A stretch of DNA of 64,000 bases from Nitrosopumilaceae archaeon (GCA_965208905.1 OZ242365.1:1536001-1600000); one strand, 5' to 3'; positions 42,165 through 53,711 are shown, counted from the first letter of the stretch. Notes: generated by a model from the sequence alone, not told the origin. Numbers and translations are program-made.

Positions 42165-42244
42165 CTATTGCAACAACTATGCCGTCTTTGGGCACCCAAC
42201 TTTGCAGGAGGAACCCTCGCACATATGATTTATAGCACTATCAT

Positions 42245-43462
42245 GTGGGGAGAGAAATGTTGTATTCGACAACCGTGGGATCAGTATTTATCATAGTAGG
42301 AGTCGCATTGGGCGCTGTAACCATCCCCACAACGTTTGCAGACCAAGATACCGCAGTCGTACTAAACAAGGAAGGATCTGCCATACCCGGTTGTGAAGAG
42401 ACCGACGACTGTTTTGTACCCAGTACAGTTACCATAAATGTGGGTGGAGAAGTAATTTGGAAGAATATTGATACAACATACCACAGTGCTACCAGTGGCC
42501 TAATAAGAGATGGTGGCCCAGATGGCGTATTCGATAGCGGTTTGTTTCCCCCGGGCGAGGAATTTTCTCACACATTTGATGCACCTGGCGAATATCCATA
42601 CTATTGTATTGTCCACCCATGGATGAGGGGTTTGGTGATTGTACAAGAGGCTGTAGACGATACCCCATCGGTCCAACCATACGTCAATATAGAGAATAAC
42701 TTTTTCATGGAGTTTCCTGAAGGGTGGACTGTTCAAAGTATGGACAGTGCCGATCAGCCAAATGTAATAGCAACAAATCCCACGGCTGACACCATACCCT
42801 CAAACATAACATTACACATCAAAGAAGCAGGTAATAACACACTGAATTCTATTCGTGAAAGTAGGATTGCAGATTTAGAGGGTCTGGCAGATGATGATAG
42901 TTTTCAGGTTTTAAACAATATATTAACAACCATAAACAACTTTGATGCTTTCATACTCGATACTACAGATGTACTTGATTCAGATGATGGTACCATAGAG
43001 GCCAAACATCGCGAGGTGACAATTATAGCATCAGGGAAAATCCATACGTTTCTGCTCAGTACTGCCCTGAATAACTTTGATTCGGAAGTGCGCATGTTTG
43101 ATCACTCACTGGAATCGTTCACAACAGATGCCCACATATTATCTTCTGGTTACTATTATGAAAAATTTAGAACGTTGATACTATCATTTGATGAACCCAT
43201 TACACTATCAGATGGATGGCAGGATAGCATACAGTTACGGAGTGTTGGTCCTAATGGTATCAATACATTAACACCAAGTACAATATCAAAGAACCTGATT
43301 CCAGATGGTGCAAGTATGGTATGGATTGTATTCCCATATTCTGATGTGGAACAATTGGCAGACATAACTAGTTTAACAGTGGTTGTTGAGCCAGATACGT
43401 TCACAGATAGTCAAGACATCTACAACGGCTTGACTATATTTTCGGTTACGATTTTGGATTAA
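42245..43462 (+). CDS. Blue (type 1) copper cupredoxin protein with PsbP-like C-terminal domain
   Basis: Signal/TM segment, PGCEET..CFVP, HSATSG and YYCIVHPWM ligands, then F.MEFPEGW domain. Confidence 0.9.
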   Translation: MGREMLYSTTVGSVFIIVGVALGAVTIPTTFADQDTAVVLNKEGSAIPGCEETDDCFVPSTVTINVGGEVIWKNIDTTYHSATSGLIRDGGPDGVFDSGLFPPGEEFSHTFDAPGEYPYYCIVHPWMRGLVIVQEAVDDTPSVQPYVNIENNFFMEFPEGWTVQSMDSADQPNVIATNPTADTIPSNITLHIKEAGNNTLNSIRESRIADLEGLADDDSFQVLNNILTTINNFDAFILDTTDVLDSDDGTIEAKHREVTIIASGKIHTFLLSTALNNFDSEVRMFDHSLESFTTDAHILSSGYYYEKFRTLILSFDEPITLSDGWQDSIQLRSVGPNGINTLTPSTISKNLIPDGASMVWIVFPYSDVEQLADITSLTVVVEPDTFTDSQDIYNGLTIFSVTILD

Positions 43463-44159
43463 AAGTGTCGTTTAGGAATACAGGCTCTAGTCCACATGAC
43501 TCTAGTGTAACATCTATCTGACTTTGAATGGTAGAAACGTCAAAACACATTCCGTCTCGTATGGCCAACAGATACATTCGGAGACGGGATGTCTTTCTTC
43601 TCATCTTGACCACATCCACAGATGAATCAGTTACAGATTTTAGATTAACTAGTATGTCCGCCAACTTTACTACTTTTGCCCGTGGTGAGGCAACACTAAG
43701 ACGTTGCGCATACTCTATCTCCCGTGAGCGTCTAGGCAATCTACCATCCTTGGAAAGAGATGAAACCATATCTGCAATTACACGGCCAAATTTGTTGTGT
43801 ATCTCATCATAATTCGTACTTGTATCCTCAATTATATCGTGTAGCCAGGCCGCACTTAGTATGACATCATCATCTATACCTGCATCCGCCAATGTATCAA
43901 CAACCTGTTGTACATGATCTATGGTGAAGCCATCGCGGCGTCGCATTGTACCATGTTTGGCTTGAGCATATAGGCGGGCATCTTCTACAACTTGCACATT
44001 ACAACTTGTAGGCACATTATAATAACAACTTTGTGTATGTATATGCGCAACTGTTCTGTTTGATATCATCGGTAAATTCAGATACCAAATTTCATGTGTT
44101 CTATAGGCACGTATGCTCCTGAGCGGTTTTGTTTTTAAAATTAAAGGTGCACTTTTCAT
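43446..44159 (-). CDS. HD-domain hydrolase (RelA/SpoT-Mesh1-like)
   Basis: H...RR.G, AAWLHDIIEDT and VKLAD..N motifs. True start is probably ~43997. Confidence 0.85.
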   Translation of the reverse strand: MKSAPLILKTKPLRSIRAYRTHEIWYLNLPMISNRTVAHIHTQSCYYNVPTSCNVQVVEDARLYAQAKHGTMRRRDGFTIDHVQQVVDTLADAGIDDDVILSAAWLHDIIEDTSTNYDEIHNKFGRVIADMVSSLSKDGRLPRRSREIEYAQRLSVASPRAKVVKLADILVNLKSVTDSSVDVVKMRRKTSRLRMYLLAIRDGMCFDVSTIQSQIDVTLESCGLEPVFLNDTFNPKS

Positions 44160-44455
44160 TTGTTTTTACGAGAGGGGCTGCTTATATTGATCAAGTCCGG
44201 GCTAGACTGTTTTTGCATGCCTTTTGTCTGCCACCTCAGCAATACCTCCTTGAAGGCTTCTGCATCTTCCTCACTCTCAGTATACATAAGCATAGTAACC
44301 CATCTTCCCTTACCTGCTTTGCCGCCTACAGAGTTCATCCAGAATGTATCGGGCAACGACATCATGACCCGGTTATCCGGGCTAGACGCAATATCATCCC
44401 ATCGCTTTGAAATAAATCGCATGATCTGTGCCATCTCTTCTTTTCTTATCAACAA
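44156..44455 (-). CDS. Hypothetical protein
   Basis: 99-aa ORF with protein-like composition and no recognised motif. Confidence 0.5.
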   Translation of the reverse strand: MLIRKEEMAQIMRFISKRWDDIASSPDNRVMMSLPDTFWMNSVGGKAGKGRWVTMLMYTESEEDAEAFKEVLLRWQTKGMQKQSSPDLINISSPSRKNK

Positions 44456-44621
44456 TATATGGTGGTAAAGCGCGAAATTTAAATTTTTGATATGGCAAAA
44501 TCTAACCCAACTCAGAGCTCAACATAAAATTGACTTGTGGAACGTTGTTAACAAAATTTACCCAAATAATTAAAACAGTTTGACATAACAATCCTAATAC
44601 TAAATATATCATCCAAGTACA

Positions 44622-46313
44622 ATGAATGAGAATAAACTCGGAATAATGGGAAAACCAGTAAATGACATGTATGGCGCATATATGGGGAAAGCGGTCGGTA
44701 CAGCAACTGACATTGACGGTACAGTTACATCGGTGGGCGTAGACTGTGGACTTCAAGGTCTGACAGAGATCCCCATCAGACATTTAGTAATACAGGAGGA
44801 ATCCATCGTATATGTACCTCAATGGAGACTCGATTCACAAAAAATATTGCGTAAAAAAACGTTTTTGATTAGACGACTTCAGGCATTAAATACAATCCTC
44901 TTAGAAAATGATGCGTTAAAGGAAGATTCTGAACCCGTACGTAAATTTTATGAGGAGAAATTAGATGCTATAAAAAATATCGAAGGTGAAGTGCTAGAAA
45001 CATTAGTAAATAGATTAGAAGAACTAGGACAGCAATCAGCCCTCGCAAAATCAATGCATTTTGATGCAACTATACAATACAAGAGTAGTGAAATAGAGGA
45101 GAGTGACTATAAGACCGCAAAGGCAGAAGTATCTACAATCCTAGAGAGAATAGACTATGAGATCGAAGAGATCAAAAGTATGCAGGACAGATTAGCCGAA
45201 CAATCCACCGCTGAATCTCAGGTTCGACACACAGAAGTATCAGAGGAAATAACAATTCAAGAAGATGAGAGTATTTCGTCTGAAATATCCACAGAACAAG
45301 TTTCTGTTGCAGAGGCACCGATTGTGGAAGCACCAGTTACAGAAGCACCGATTGTCGAGGCAGCTGTTGTAGAGGCACCGATTGAAGCACCGATTGTGGA
45401 AGCAGTTGCTGCGGAAGCACCAGCTGTTGAAGAGCCCGTTGTAGAGGCACCGATTGTGGAAGCAGTTGCTGCGGAAGCACCAGCTGTTGAAGAGACCGTT
45501 GTAGAGGCACCGATTGTGGAAGCGACTGTTGTGGAAGCACCAGTTACAGAAGCACCGATTGTCGAGGCAGCTGTTGTAGAGGCACCGATTGAAGCACCGA
45601 TTGTGGAAGCAGTTGCTGCGGAAGCACCAGCTGTTGAAGAGCCCGTTGTAGAGGCACCGATTGTGGAAGCAGTTGCTGCGGAAGCACCAGCTGTTGAAGA
45701 GACCGTTGTAGAGGCACCGATTGTGGAAGCGACTGTTGTGGAAGCACCAGTTACAGAAGCACCGATTGTCGAGGCAGCTGTTGTAGAGGCACCGATTGAA
45801 GCACCGATTGTGGAAGCAGTTGCTGCGGAAGCACCAGCTGTTGAAGAGCCCGTTGTAGAGGCACCGATTGTGGAAGCACCCATGACTGCAGTTATGGACG
45901 GCATAGCACCTGCACAGGACATACCAAAGTATGACATTCCAGAACCAGCACCGACATATGTTCCTAGTGACATACCGCCACCAGCACCCAAATATGACAT
46001 TCCAGAGCCGCCACAGGACATACCAAAATATAACATTCCAGAACCAGCACCGACATATGTTCCTAGTGACATACCGCCACCAGCACCCAAATATGACATT
46101 CCAGAGCCGCCACAGGACATACCAAAATATAACATTCCAGAACCAGCACCGACATATGTTCCTAGTGACATACCGCCACCAGCACCCAAATATGACATTC
46201 CAACACCACCTAGAACAGATGCTCCCAGTGACATACAGTCACCAGCACCAAAGTACAACATACCTGCTCCTTCCCCAAAGAACGATTGGTTGTCTCGAAT
46301 GACCTCACAATAG
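44622..46313 (+). CDS. cdvA: Cell division protein CdvA with long low-complexity repeat tail
   Basis: IMGKPVNDMYG..GK.VG..TDIDG..VGVDCG PRC-barrel N-terminus, a coiled coil, and a terminal WLSRM motif. Confidence 0.88.
   Translation: MNENKLGIMGKPVNDMYGAYMGKAVGTATDIDGTVTSVGVDCGLQGLTEIPIRHLVIQEESIVYVPQWRLDSQKILRKKTFLIRRLQALNTILLENDALKEDSEPVRKFYEEKLDAIKNIEGEVLETLVNRLEELGQQSALAKSMHFDATIQYKSSEIEESDYKTAKAEVSTILERIDYEIEEIKSMQDRLAEQSTAESQVRHTEVSEEITIQEDESISSEISTEQVSVAEAPIVEAPVTEAPIVEAAVVEAPIEAPIVEAVAAEAPAVEEPVVEAPIVEAVAAEAPAVEETVVEAPIVEATVVEAPVTEAPIVEAAVVEAPIEAPIVEAVAAEAPAVEEPVVEAPIVEAVAAEAPAVEETVVEAPIVEATVVEAPVTEAPIVEAAVVEAPIEAPIVEAVAAEAPAVEEPVVEAPIVEAPMTAVMDGIAPAQDIPKYDIPEPAPTYVPSDIPPPAPKYDIPEPPQDIPKYNIPEPAPTYVPSDIPPPAPKYDIPEPPQDIPKYNIPEPAPTYVPSDIPPPAPKYDIPTPPRTDAPSDIQSPAPKYNIPAPSPKNDWLSRMTSQ
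45310..46200 (+). repeat. Intragenic tandem repeats (207-bp and 114-bp periods)
   Basis: The E/A/P/V block recurs every 207 bp (~45310-45880). The PKYDIPEP block recurs every 114 bp (~45915-46200). Confidence 0.9.
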
Positions 46314-46381
46314 ATTTTTTTAAATGCGCCCATATCTAGGCGCTTTCTTAATATCGGAGGTATACCCTTCCACATCATATA

Positions 46382-48268
46382 ATGAAGACATACTCCACAA
46401 ATCTTGGAAGGAATGACTCATCCATTAGATATAATGCATCAAAAGATAATGTACAATTTTGGGATGAGCAGGCACGACTGCTACACTGGTTTACGCCATG
46501 GGAAGAGACGCTTCAATGGAGTCCGCCCTTTGCCAGATGGTTCGTTGGAGGTACCACCAACATATCATATAATGCATTAGACATACATCAAGACGATATT
46601 GCCAGCAAGCCGGCCATACTTTGGGAGGGTGAAGATGGTACATCACAGGCAGTATCATACGATACACTATACCGCCAAGTACAAAGAGCTGCCAACCTGT
46701 TAAAGTCGCTGGGCGTCAAGAAGGGAGATCGTATAACAATATACCTTCCCATGATTCCTGAGATAATAGTATCAATGATGGCGTGCGCCCGTCTAGGTGC
46801 CGTTCACACGGTAGTGTTTTCAGGTTTTAGTGCAAAATCTCTTACAGACCGAATGAACGATTCCGGTTCCACCATATTGATTACCGCAGATGTCGGGTAT
46901 CGTCGCGGCAAAAAGATCCCATTGGCTCAGACAGCTCAGGAGGCCCTAAGATCATCACCAAAAATACAACACGTCATAGTTGTACAACGTGAAGATACAA
47001 TACCATATAGTTGGATACCATGGACAGAGATTCATAATAAAAGTGACAATTGTGTTGCAGAGCCGGTCAAGTCAACGGACCCATTATTCATACTATACAC
47101 ATCAGGTACTACAGGTAAGCCAAAGGGAGTGTTACATGGCACCGGAGGATACATGACCCACATACATTCTACATTCAGGTGGGCATTTGATATACAGAAT
47201 ACAGACATCTACCACTGTACAGCAGATGTGGGTTGGGTAACTGGTCATAGTTATGTTGCATATGCCCCCTTTCTGTGTGGAGCCACACAGGTCATGTATG
47301 AGGGTGCACCAGACTATCCTAATCCATCCAGAACATGGCAGATACTGGAAAAGTACAACGTCAGTATATTCTACACCACACCAACTGCACTGCGCATGCT
47401 TATGAGACATGACAGTATGGCGGCAAAATCACATGATCTAAGCTCCCTAAGACTACTAGGGAGCGTAGGCGAGCCCATAAACCCAGAGGTGTGGAGGTGG
47501 TATCATGACACAATAGGTGCTGGCAGGTGCCCAGTCATAGATACATGGTGGCAGACAGAGACAGGTGGTATGTTGATATCGGCCTTGCCTGGAATAGAGA
47601 GTATTCCGTTAAAGCCAGGGTCCGGAACGCTACCAATTCCCGGCATAGATATGTCAATACTAGATGAGAATGGAGCTGTCGTACCTCCGGATACTAAAGG
47701 GTATTTGGTGGTGCGCAACCCCTGGCCAGGCATGATGTTAACACTGTGGGGTGATGAGCAGAAATATCGCGATACATACTGGTCTAGGTTTCCCAACTGT
47801 TACTATCCTGGAGATTATGCCATACAAGACAAGGATGGCTACATGTGGTTGTTGGGTCGAGCCGATGACATACTAAAGGTGTCCGGTCACCGTATTGGAA
47901 CGGCAGAGTTGGAGAGTTGTCTGATATCTCATGAGAGAGTTGCCGAGTCTGCCGTTATAGGAATACCTGATGAGATTCGTGGTGAGGGAATAGTGGCTTT
48001 TGTTGTACTGCGTTCCGGAATGGATAGTGCAGGCATGGAGTCTGAGTTAAAAAAGATGGTATCCGACCAGATAGGGGCAGTAGCCAGACCTGATGCCATA
48101 CACATAGTACCCATACTACCAAAGACCCGCAGCGGCAAGATAATGCGAAGGTTGCTAAAAGGTTTGATTACCGGCGAGCAGATAGGTGATACCACCACTA
48201 TGGAGGAACCCGGAGCGCTAGATGAGGTACGTCGTGTATTGAGAGTGACCACCAACAATACCAAGTGA
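46382..48268 (+). CDS. acs: Acetyl-CoA synthetase (acetate-CoA ligase)
   Basis: YTSGTTGKPKG, GSVGEPINPE, DTWWQTETG and LPKTRSGKIMRR motifs. Confidence 0.96.
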   Translation: MKTYSTNLGRNDSSIRYNASKDNVQFWDEQARLLHWFTPWEETLQWSPPFARWFVGGTTNISYNALDIHQDDIASKPAILWEGEDGTSQAVSYDTLYRQVQRAANLLKSLGVKKGDRITIYLPMIPEIIVSMMACARLGAVHTVVFSGFSAKSLTDRMNDSGSTILITADVGYRRGKKIPLAQTAQEALRSSPKIQHVIVVQREDTIPYSWIPWTEIHNKSDNCVAEPVKSTDPLFILYTSGTTGKPKGVLHGTGGYMTHIHSTFRWAFDIQNTDIYHCTADVGWVTGHSYVAYAPFLCGATQVMYEGAPDYPNPSRTWQILEKYNVSIFYTTPTALRMLMRHDSMAAKSHDLSSLRLLGSVGEPINPEVWRWYHDTIGAGRCPVIDTWWQTETGGMLISALPGIESIPLKPGSGTLPIPGIDMSILDENGAVVPPDTKGYLVVRNPWPGMMLTLWGDEQKYRDTYWSRFPNCYYPGDYAIQDKDGYMWLLGRADDILKVSGHRIGTAELESCLISHERVAESAVIGIPDEIRGEGIVAFVVLRSGMDSAGMESELKKMVSDQIGAVARPDAIHIVPILPKTRSGKIMRRLLKGLITGEQIGDTTTMEEPGALDEVRRVLRVTTNNTK

Positions 48269-48412
48269 TGGCCAGAGTTGATGATTCGAGAGCCATCCAT
48301 CAACAGCTTTGAACTATAGCAGACACAGGATACCTGGCTTAGTATGGTCGTCTATTTTTACAGGGATATGGCAACCGGCAAGATATTTAATTACATATAT
48401 CTCACATAATAC

Positions 48413-48805
48413 GTGGTATTCTTCACTGTAACTGAGGCCAACGACATACTGCCGGAGGTAGTGAAAAAGTTCGAGATGATACTGGCCAAAAAGAGTAGTG
48501 TTTCACGTGCCCAGGCCATTCTAGAATCAGCCACAAATGCATCACTATCTGATTTTATACTGGCAAAGCAACAACTCAACCGGGCCGTTACCGAGTACTA
48601 TCTAGCCATACAGACGCTGGAAGATACTGGTGTCATCATAAAGAGTATAGAGCAGGGGCTACTGGACTTTCCCGCAAAGATGTTCGATGATGATGTATGG
48701 TTGTGTTGGAAGTATAACGAAGAGGCTGTGAGTTTTTGGCATGAGAAAGACTCGGGGTTCATAAACCGAAAGCCACTTGAAACCAGTGATGAGTCATGGG
48801 TGTGA
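48413..48805 (+). CDS. DUF2203-family protein
   Basis: FTV.EAN.ILP..GLLDFPA..VWLCWK..E..V.FWH..GF..RKPL motif. Confidence 0.88.
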   Translation: MVFFTVTEANDILPEVVKKFEMILAKKSSVSRAQAILESATNASLSDFILAKQQLNRAVTEYYLAIQTLEDTGVIIKSIEQGLLDFPAKMFDDDVWLCWKYNEEAVSFWHEKDSGFINRKPLETSDESWV

Positions 48806-48856
48806 CAAAGATGCCCCAGTAGCTGCATCATCCATCCAAACTATCTGGTTATATTT

Positions 48857-49153
48857 ATGAGTAAGAAAAATCTTACATCATGCATGCCAGAATCTATAAT
48901 GAAGACTGTGACAGTTTCAGGAAAGGGTCAGATCTCAATACCGCAGGAGATCAGAAAACAGCTCGCGGTTGAAAAGGGCTCTAAACTGGTGATCATCCTG
49001 AAAGACAAAAAACTACTGATCTGCAAGGCATCTGACATATCACAGTCGATAGAGGACAGCTTTGAGGATGTGGTGCGATACTCGGAACGTTCGCTGGAGG
49101 AGATATGGGACAACGGGGAGGACGATGTGTGGAACAGGTATCTGAAGACGTAA
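48857..49153 (+). CDS. AbrB/MazE-family antitoxin
   Basis: KTVTVSGKGQISIPQEIRKQL..G.KL N-terminus and SL..IWDN.EDDVW tail. Likely start at 48899. Confidence 0.85.
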   Translation: MSKKNLTSCMPESIMKTVTVSGKGQISIPQEIRKQLAVEKGSKLVIILKDKKLLICKASDISQSIEDSFEDVVRYSERSLEEIWDNGEDDVWNRYLKT

Positions 49154-49320
49154 TTCAGTAGCGCAGCGTCGTCATACTGCCGTTTCCGTTTTATGATCTG
49201 CAGAGGAGGAAAGCTAGGCCCGCAATCATCATGTCAAACGACAAATACAACGAACGCTCGGACGACGTAGTAACCGTACCGCTTACGTCAAACCGGTGGC
49301 CATCCGAATACAGCATACTA
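49129..49320 (+). pseudogene. mazF: MazF/PemK toxin, inactivated
   Basis: Reads ..IQ*RSVVILPFPFYDLQRRKARPAIIMSNDKYN..DDVVTVPLTS. In-frame TAG at 49159-49161 and an IS630 insertion at 49319. Confidence 0.85.
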
Positions 49321-50254
49321 GCGGACAATAGGATCCGATAGATTTTGAGTGCAATAACCTGAATCGACGAATTTGTCCCATATGCGATGACCCGCGGTGC
49401 GACCGACCGAAACATTAAGATCATGTATACATTCCCATACCTACATGGCACGAAGTAAACTAGAAAAGATTCCCGCCGGAGACGAATACCTCCCGGACGT
49501 TCCAGAAGCAGAACTGGAATCGATGATTGCAGCCATCCCCAGCTGCACGAAGATCCCCAGAGCTGCTCATATTGACGGCTGCCCTCAAAAAGAAGAGGCA
49601 CGGAAGCATCAGCGGTATAGCCAGGGAGATGGGCCGGCCGTACACCACCGTCTACGGCTGGCTGCTGCGCATACACGAGCGCGGGCTGGATGGCAGAGTG
49701 GACAGGACATCTCCAACAGGAAGAAAATACTGGACGAAGATGCCTGTCGTTTGATCCTGTAGTGGGTGTGCGGATCTCCTCAGGACTACAATTTTGAGTC
49801 CGGTATATGGCAGGCATCGATTATAATCAGTATGATCCGCGACAGAATGGGCATAAACGTACATCCCAGAACGTTGAGGCAGACACTGCGACGCGCAGGT
49901 ATATCGTTCAGAAAGCCCAAGATCCGTCCCGCACAACTCCGCATCGGAACAGGAGCAGGCCGAGTTCAGCAAGAAGATTCAGTGTATAGTTGACCGGCTG
50001 GTTGAGACCGGAGAGGTGCGGCCAGTTAGGATAACCGGCGTTATCGCTGCGTGAGGCTCAGAATATCTAGTGCGCGTGATGGCGCGCCGCCTGTCCATAG
50101 CCACATTCCCAGACAATCGCGCGTCCATTCATATGTCATACACCACTGCCAGTTCGCGCTGTACGGCTGACCACACTGAAATTATAGGACTTTGACAAAA
50201 ACCGCACGGAAACCACCCTTCGCCTGACAGACTATCGGATCCTATTGTCCCCTA
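49319..50254 (+). mobile_element. Internally deleted IS630 copy (same family as 36061..37452)
   Basis: Same TIRs. HTH part is frameshifted and most of the DDE ORF is deleted at ~50000. Confidence 0.9.
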
Positions 50255-50701
50255 GTATCCACTAATTCCTATACCTCCGGTGAGAATAGAGTCCTGACTT
50301 CCCTTGGAGGTTCCGCATATCGTCCAGTCCGATGGTTTTCGATCCAAATGGTTTGATCTCCAGCGCATCGATATCATGTATGATGCCGACCATCCATGAC
50401 ACTATACAGCACGGTCTGTACCTAATGACATCAAACTCATTCAGGGTCGTCATAACCGGCGATATGCACATACCTGTTGGCTCAACCGTACACGTAATCA
50501 TATCTGGCACTAATGGTAATACTACAATGTTCTCTGATGTGCAATCTACTATTGTGCGTTAACTTTCTTTTTACTTGTCTGCGCAACCCATACAATACTC
50601 GGCATCTGCCATGGCACTCTCCAGAACATGTAGCCCCAGTCTTTGCGGAACGAGTCCTTGTTTGTAAATACTAAATACTCGCAGTGCCTAATAGCAAGTG
50701 A

Positions 50702-51412
50702 ATGCCGGAAGGTTCGATTTCCACCGCAGTTGGGCGTATGATTGCTGATGTTTGGAACAAGGAGTATTGCGGGAAACGCTACGAAGACGAACCATCACTT
50801 GAATTCACCAAGGAGATAGTGGTAGAGTTGAAGAAGAAACCAGAGATTTACCACTCACGTGGCATATATGTAGGGTGCGGTAACGGTCGTAATTACCTGA
50901 ATCTTGCCAAAGCAGGTTTGGACATTGTGGGTTTGGATGTGTCGGCCACAGGTCTGGGACAGATAGCGGCCAAGGAGCCTACACTCGCGCCCAAGTTGGT
51001 GTGCGGGGACTTCCTTGACCACCGCGGCAGGTTTGGATATGTAGTTGCAATTCAGTCGTTCCAGCACGGGGATGCGTCTAGAGTGAGTGCATACTTCCGA
51101 AAAGCCGCTGAGATGTTGGAGCGCGGTGGTCTGCTTTTCGTGCGCGTCAATGCAGCAGATACTTGTGTGGGATACGCCCACCGTGTTACAGAAAGGACGA
51201 ATGGGGGATTTACCATATTATACGAGGATGGTCCCAAAAGTGGACTGTACATACACTTCTTCTCGCGGAAGGAGTTGGAGTCTGTCGTTACAGACTCCGG
51301 CCTTCGCATTATGTATCCGCCCAAGATGGTGACTATTCAGCGTTCCAATGGTCGCGGACAGTGGTCGCAATGGGAGATTGTCGCCGAGCGAGGAGTACCT
51401 CTAACACTTTAA
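50702..51412 (+). CDS. Class I SAM-dependent methyltransferase
   Basis: YVGCGNGRN..GLDVS motif I and L..GGLLFV. Confidence 0.88.
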   Translation: MPEGSISTAVGRMIADVWNKEYCGKRYEDEPSLEFTKEIVVELKKKPEIYHSRGIYVGCGNGRNYLNLAKAGLDIVGLDVSATGLGQIAAKEPTLAPKLVCGDFLDHRGRFGYVVAIQSFQHGDASRVSAYFRKAAEMLERGGLLFVRVNAADTCVGYAHRVTERTNGGFTILYEDGPKSGLYIHFFSRKELESVVTDSGLRIMYPPKMVTIQRSNGRGQWSQWEIVAERGVPLTL

Positions 51413-51435
51413 CGACTCTGTAAACAATACCACAC

Positions 51436-51630
51436 ATGGAAGAACTTGAAGAACTGCGAGCCGAGCAAGCAGACATAATAAACTGGCTCCGCGATGCCGA
51501 GGATGAGTTGGCTGCATTAGAGGATCAGACGGCCGAGATGATTGGAGATATTGAGGAGCGGAAGCGTAAAATAGAATCCGTGTATGAAAAGTTACATCGT
51601 ATTGAGGACAGAATCATAAAGCTGTCGTGA
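51436..51630 (+). CDS. Small acidic coiled-coil protein (64 aa)
   Basis: Clear heptad pattern, ATG start. Confidence 0.6.
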   Translation: MEELEELRAEQADIINWLRDAEDELAALEDQTAEMIGDIEERKRKIESVYEKLHRIEDRIIKLS

Positions 51631-51901
51631 CATACAGGCGCGTGACCATACATCTATACAGTAAAACAGTCTTACGAGTTCTATCACACTGAGCGCATCT
51701 TTTGTTTGATCTCGTCTATTCCGCGATGTATATCGGCCACCATCTCTCTCGCCTCAGCAAGCTCAGCCCAAATTTCGGCTATCTCAGTTTCCCTATCTGC
51801 CATTATGTATAATGTTTCAACTTGTTATTTAAATTTGGTAGGTTTTGGGGGCTGGGAAGAAATGCTGATCTGAAAAAAGTTGGAAAATTTGTGGTCTAGA
51901 A

Positions 51902-52450
51902 TTGGAAAGTCTGTGGCCTGACCTACGTTTCCACTCTAGGCGTTGTTTTGAGACACGCGCCATTAACGGAACAGTTCTAGATGAACAAAACATTTTTGCA
52001 ATGGGGTGCGCATCATTGACCATAATGCGACACAAAAACAGAAACACTATCTTCCCACACCTCACGTATGAGCGGACGCTAGGTCACCTGCACCGTCTTG
52101 AGGAGTACATCGAGGCGTACAGACTCCCCCCAGTTCTTAAAAGGCAGGTTCCAGTGGCAGTCTGTACTACGATCGAACAGTTTTGTCGGACAAAAAAGAA
52201 ATTCATGTATGGGGACGGCGAGCCCATGCCGCAAAGGCTCATACTCAATGTGCCGTTGGTGATGGATATGTTGGATTGGTCGGATAGTTGGTGTGTTGAC
52301 AACACGCGCCGCCATGAGGAGGTGTTCCGCAAACATGTTCAGGACATTGCCAATGACGATAGTTTCACCATCAGTATCAAGGATCTTAATACCTTGATTA
52401 ACGAAGCATGCGATATACGACAGCCCATGCTGGTAGAGTCCCTTGCAGCG
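51902..52450 (+). pseudogene. Hypothetical protein truncated by IS3 element
   Basis: The ORF reads directly into the IS3 end at 52451. Confidence 0.5.
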
Positions 52451-53711
52451 TGGAGTGGACCCCGTTCTTTAGAACCGATTTTCGCAACATTTTATTCACA
52501 CTTTTTACCTCCTGCATATATGCTATCCCTTGAGTTCTGCCAATATTGTTCGGCGAACTCAGAAGGTGCCAAGTACTGTATAGAAGAGTGAATTCTGTTA
52601 TGATTGTAATCTTCAAATGCAGCGAGTATTGTCTCTTTGGCTTCCTGAATGTTCGCAAACTCACGGGGCCAGACGTACTCCTTTTTGAGTGTCTTGTGGA
52701 AGGATTCGATATGTCCGTTTTGTTCGGGAGTGTTGATGTAGATGTATTCAAGAGTAATTCCCAACGCTGCCATTGATGATCTAAATTCCCGACTAGTGTA
52801 TTGAGTTCCATTATCGACTCTCAAAGTCAATCCCGGTAATGTTGGATTGGAGTCGGCTACGGCATTATTTACGGCCATGATAGCCTCGTGTCGTGTGGCA
52901 CGACTCTCCAATACAAATGCCAACCATTGCCTGGTAAAGACGTCGATTACATTAAAACAGTAACCCCATCCGTCTCTACCGCACCAGATGTATGACATGT
53001 CCGATTCCCGGAACTGATTTGGAGCCTTTGGTTTTGGAATCTTTTTATTGGTACGTATTATCTCACGCTTGGTACGTGATGGTTTACTCCATCCCAGTGC
53101 TTTGAATATACGTTTTATTGCCTTGCGGTTGATGGGACGATTCAACTCTCGTGAGGCTTGGGCAGCCATACGTCTTGTCCCATATGTCGGTCTTTTAGGT
53201 GCAATCTTTTGTACAATCTCTAGTACTTCGGGGTCCGATGACACGTTTCTGGGTGTAGGGGCATAATACCGTGCAGTTTTGGAGACTCCGCAAAGAGCGA
53301 GTGACCTATTGAGGTCCAACACGTCATGTATGATACGTGCGGCGTTCATTCTGCCTCGCCCTCCAGCGCTTTTTTTAAAGCATCATTAGCCACGGCATAC
53401 TCTCCGATGATTCTCTTAAGTGATGTAATCTCCTTTTTGTGCTTCTTGGCCTGTTTGGAAGCGTTAGAACCCTCAAACGAGCTGCGTCCGCCATCTGGAA
53501 ACTTTTCTTTCCAATCGTATACGGTTCGTGGGGCCAAGTTGTGTTCGCGGCATATCTCGGCCATACTGGTCTGTGGATTGAATGTCTGGAGTACTATGTG
53601 GATCTTTTCATCTGTACTCAACTTTGATTTTTTATTTGTCATATGGTGTGTGCCCCCCAATTGCTAAAGTGTGCATCGACGATCGGTCTTATTCTAGCGG
53701 GGTCCGCGCCA
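52451..53711 (-). mobile_element. IS3-family element (orfA 53346..53660, orfB 52492..53349)
   Basis: TG...CA ends with IR TGG(A/C)G(T/C)GGACCCCG. OrfB has YGTRRM, SDMSY, DNGTQY, IESFHKTLKKE and YNHNRIHS. No TSD. Confidence 0.93.

Noticed and set aside
45310-46200. Possible CRISPR array
   Set aside because: The repeats are contiguous, in-frame and lack unique spacers, and no cas genes are present. They are coding repeats in cdvA.
45257-46378. 373-aa G/A/S/T-rich ORF on the minus strand
   Set aside because: Antisense shadow of the cdvA repeat tract.
50255-50660. Possible decayed PIN/VapC gene on the minus strand
   Set aside because: Only a vague resemblance, with multiple stops. It cannot be supported.
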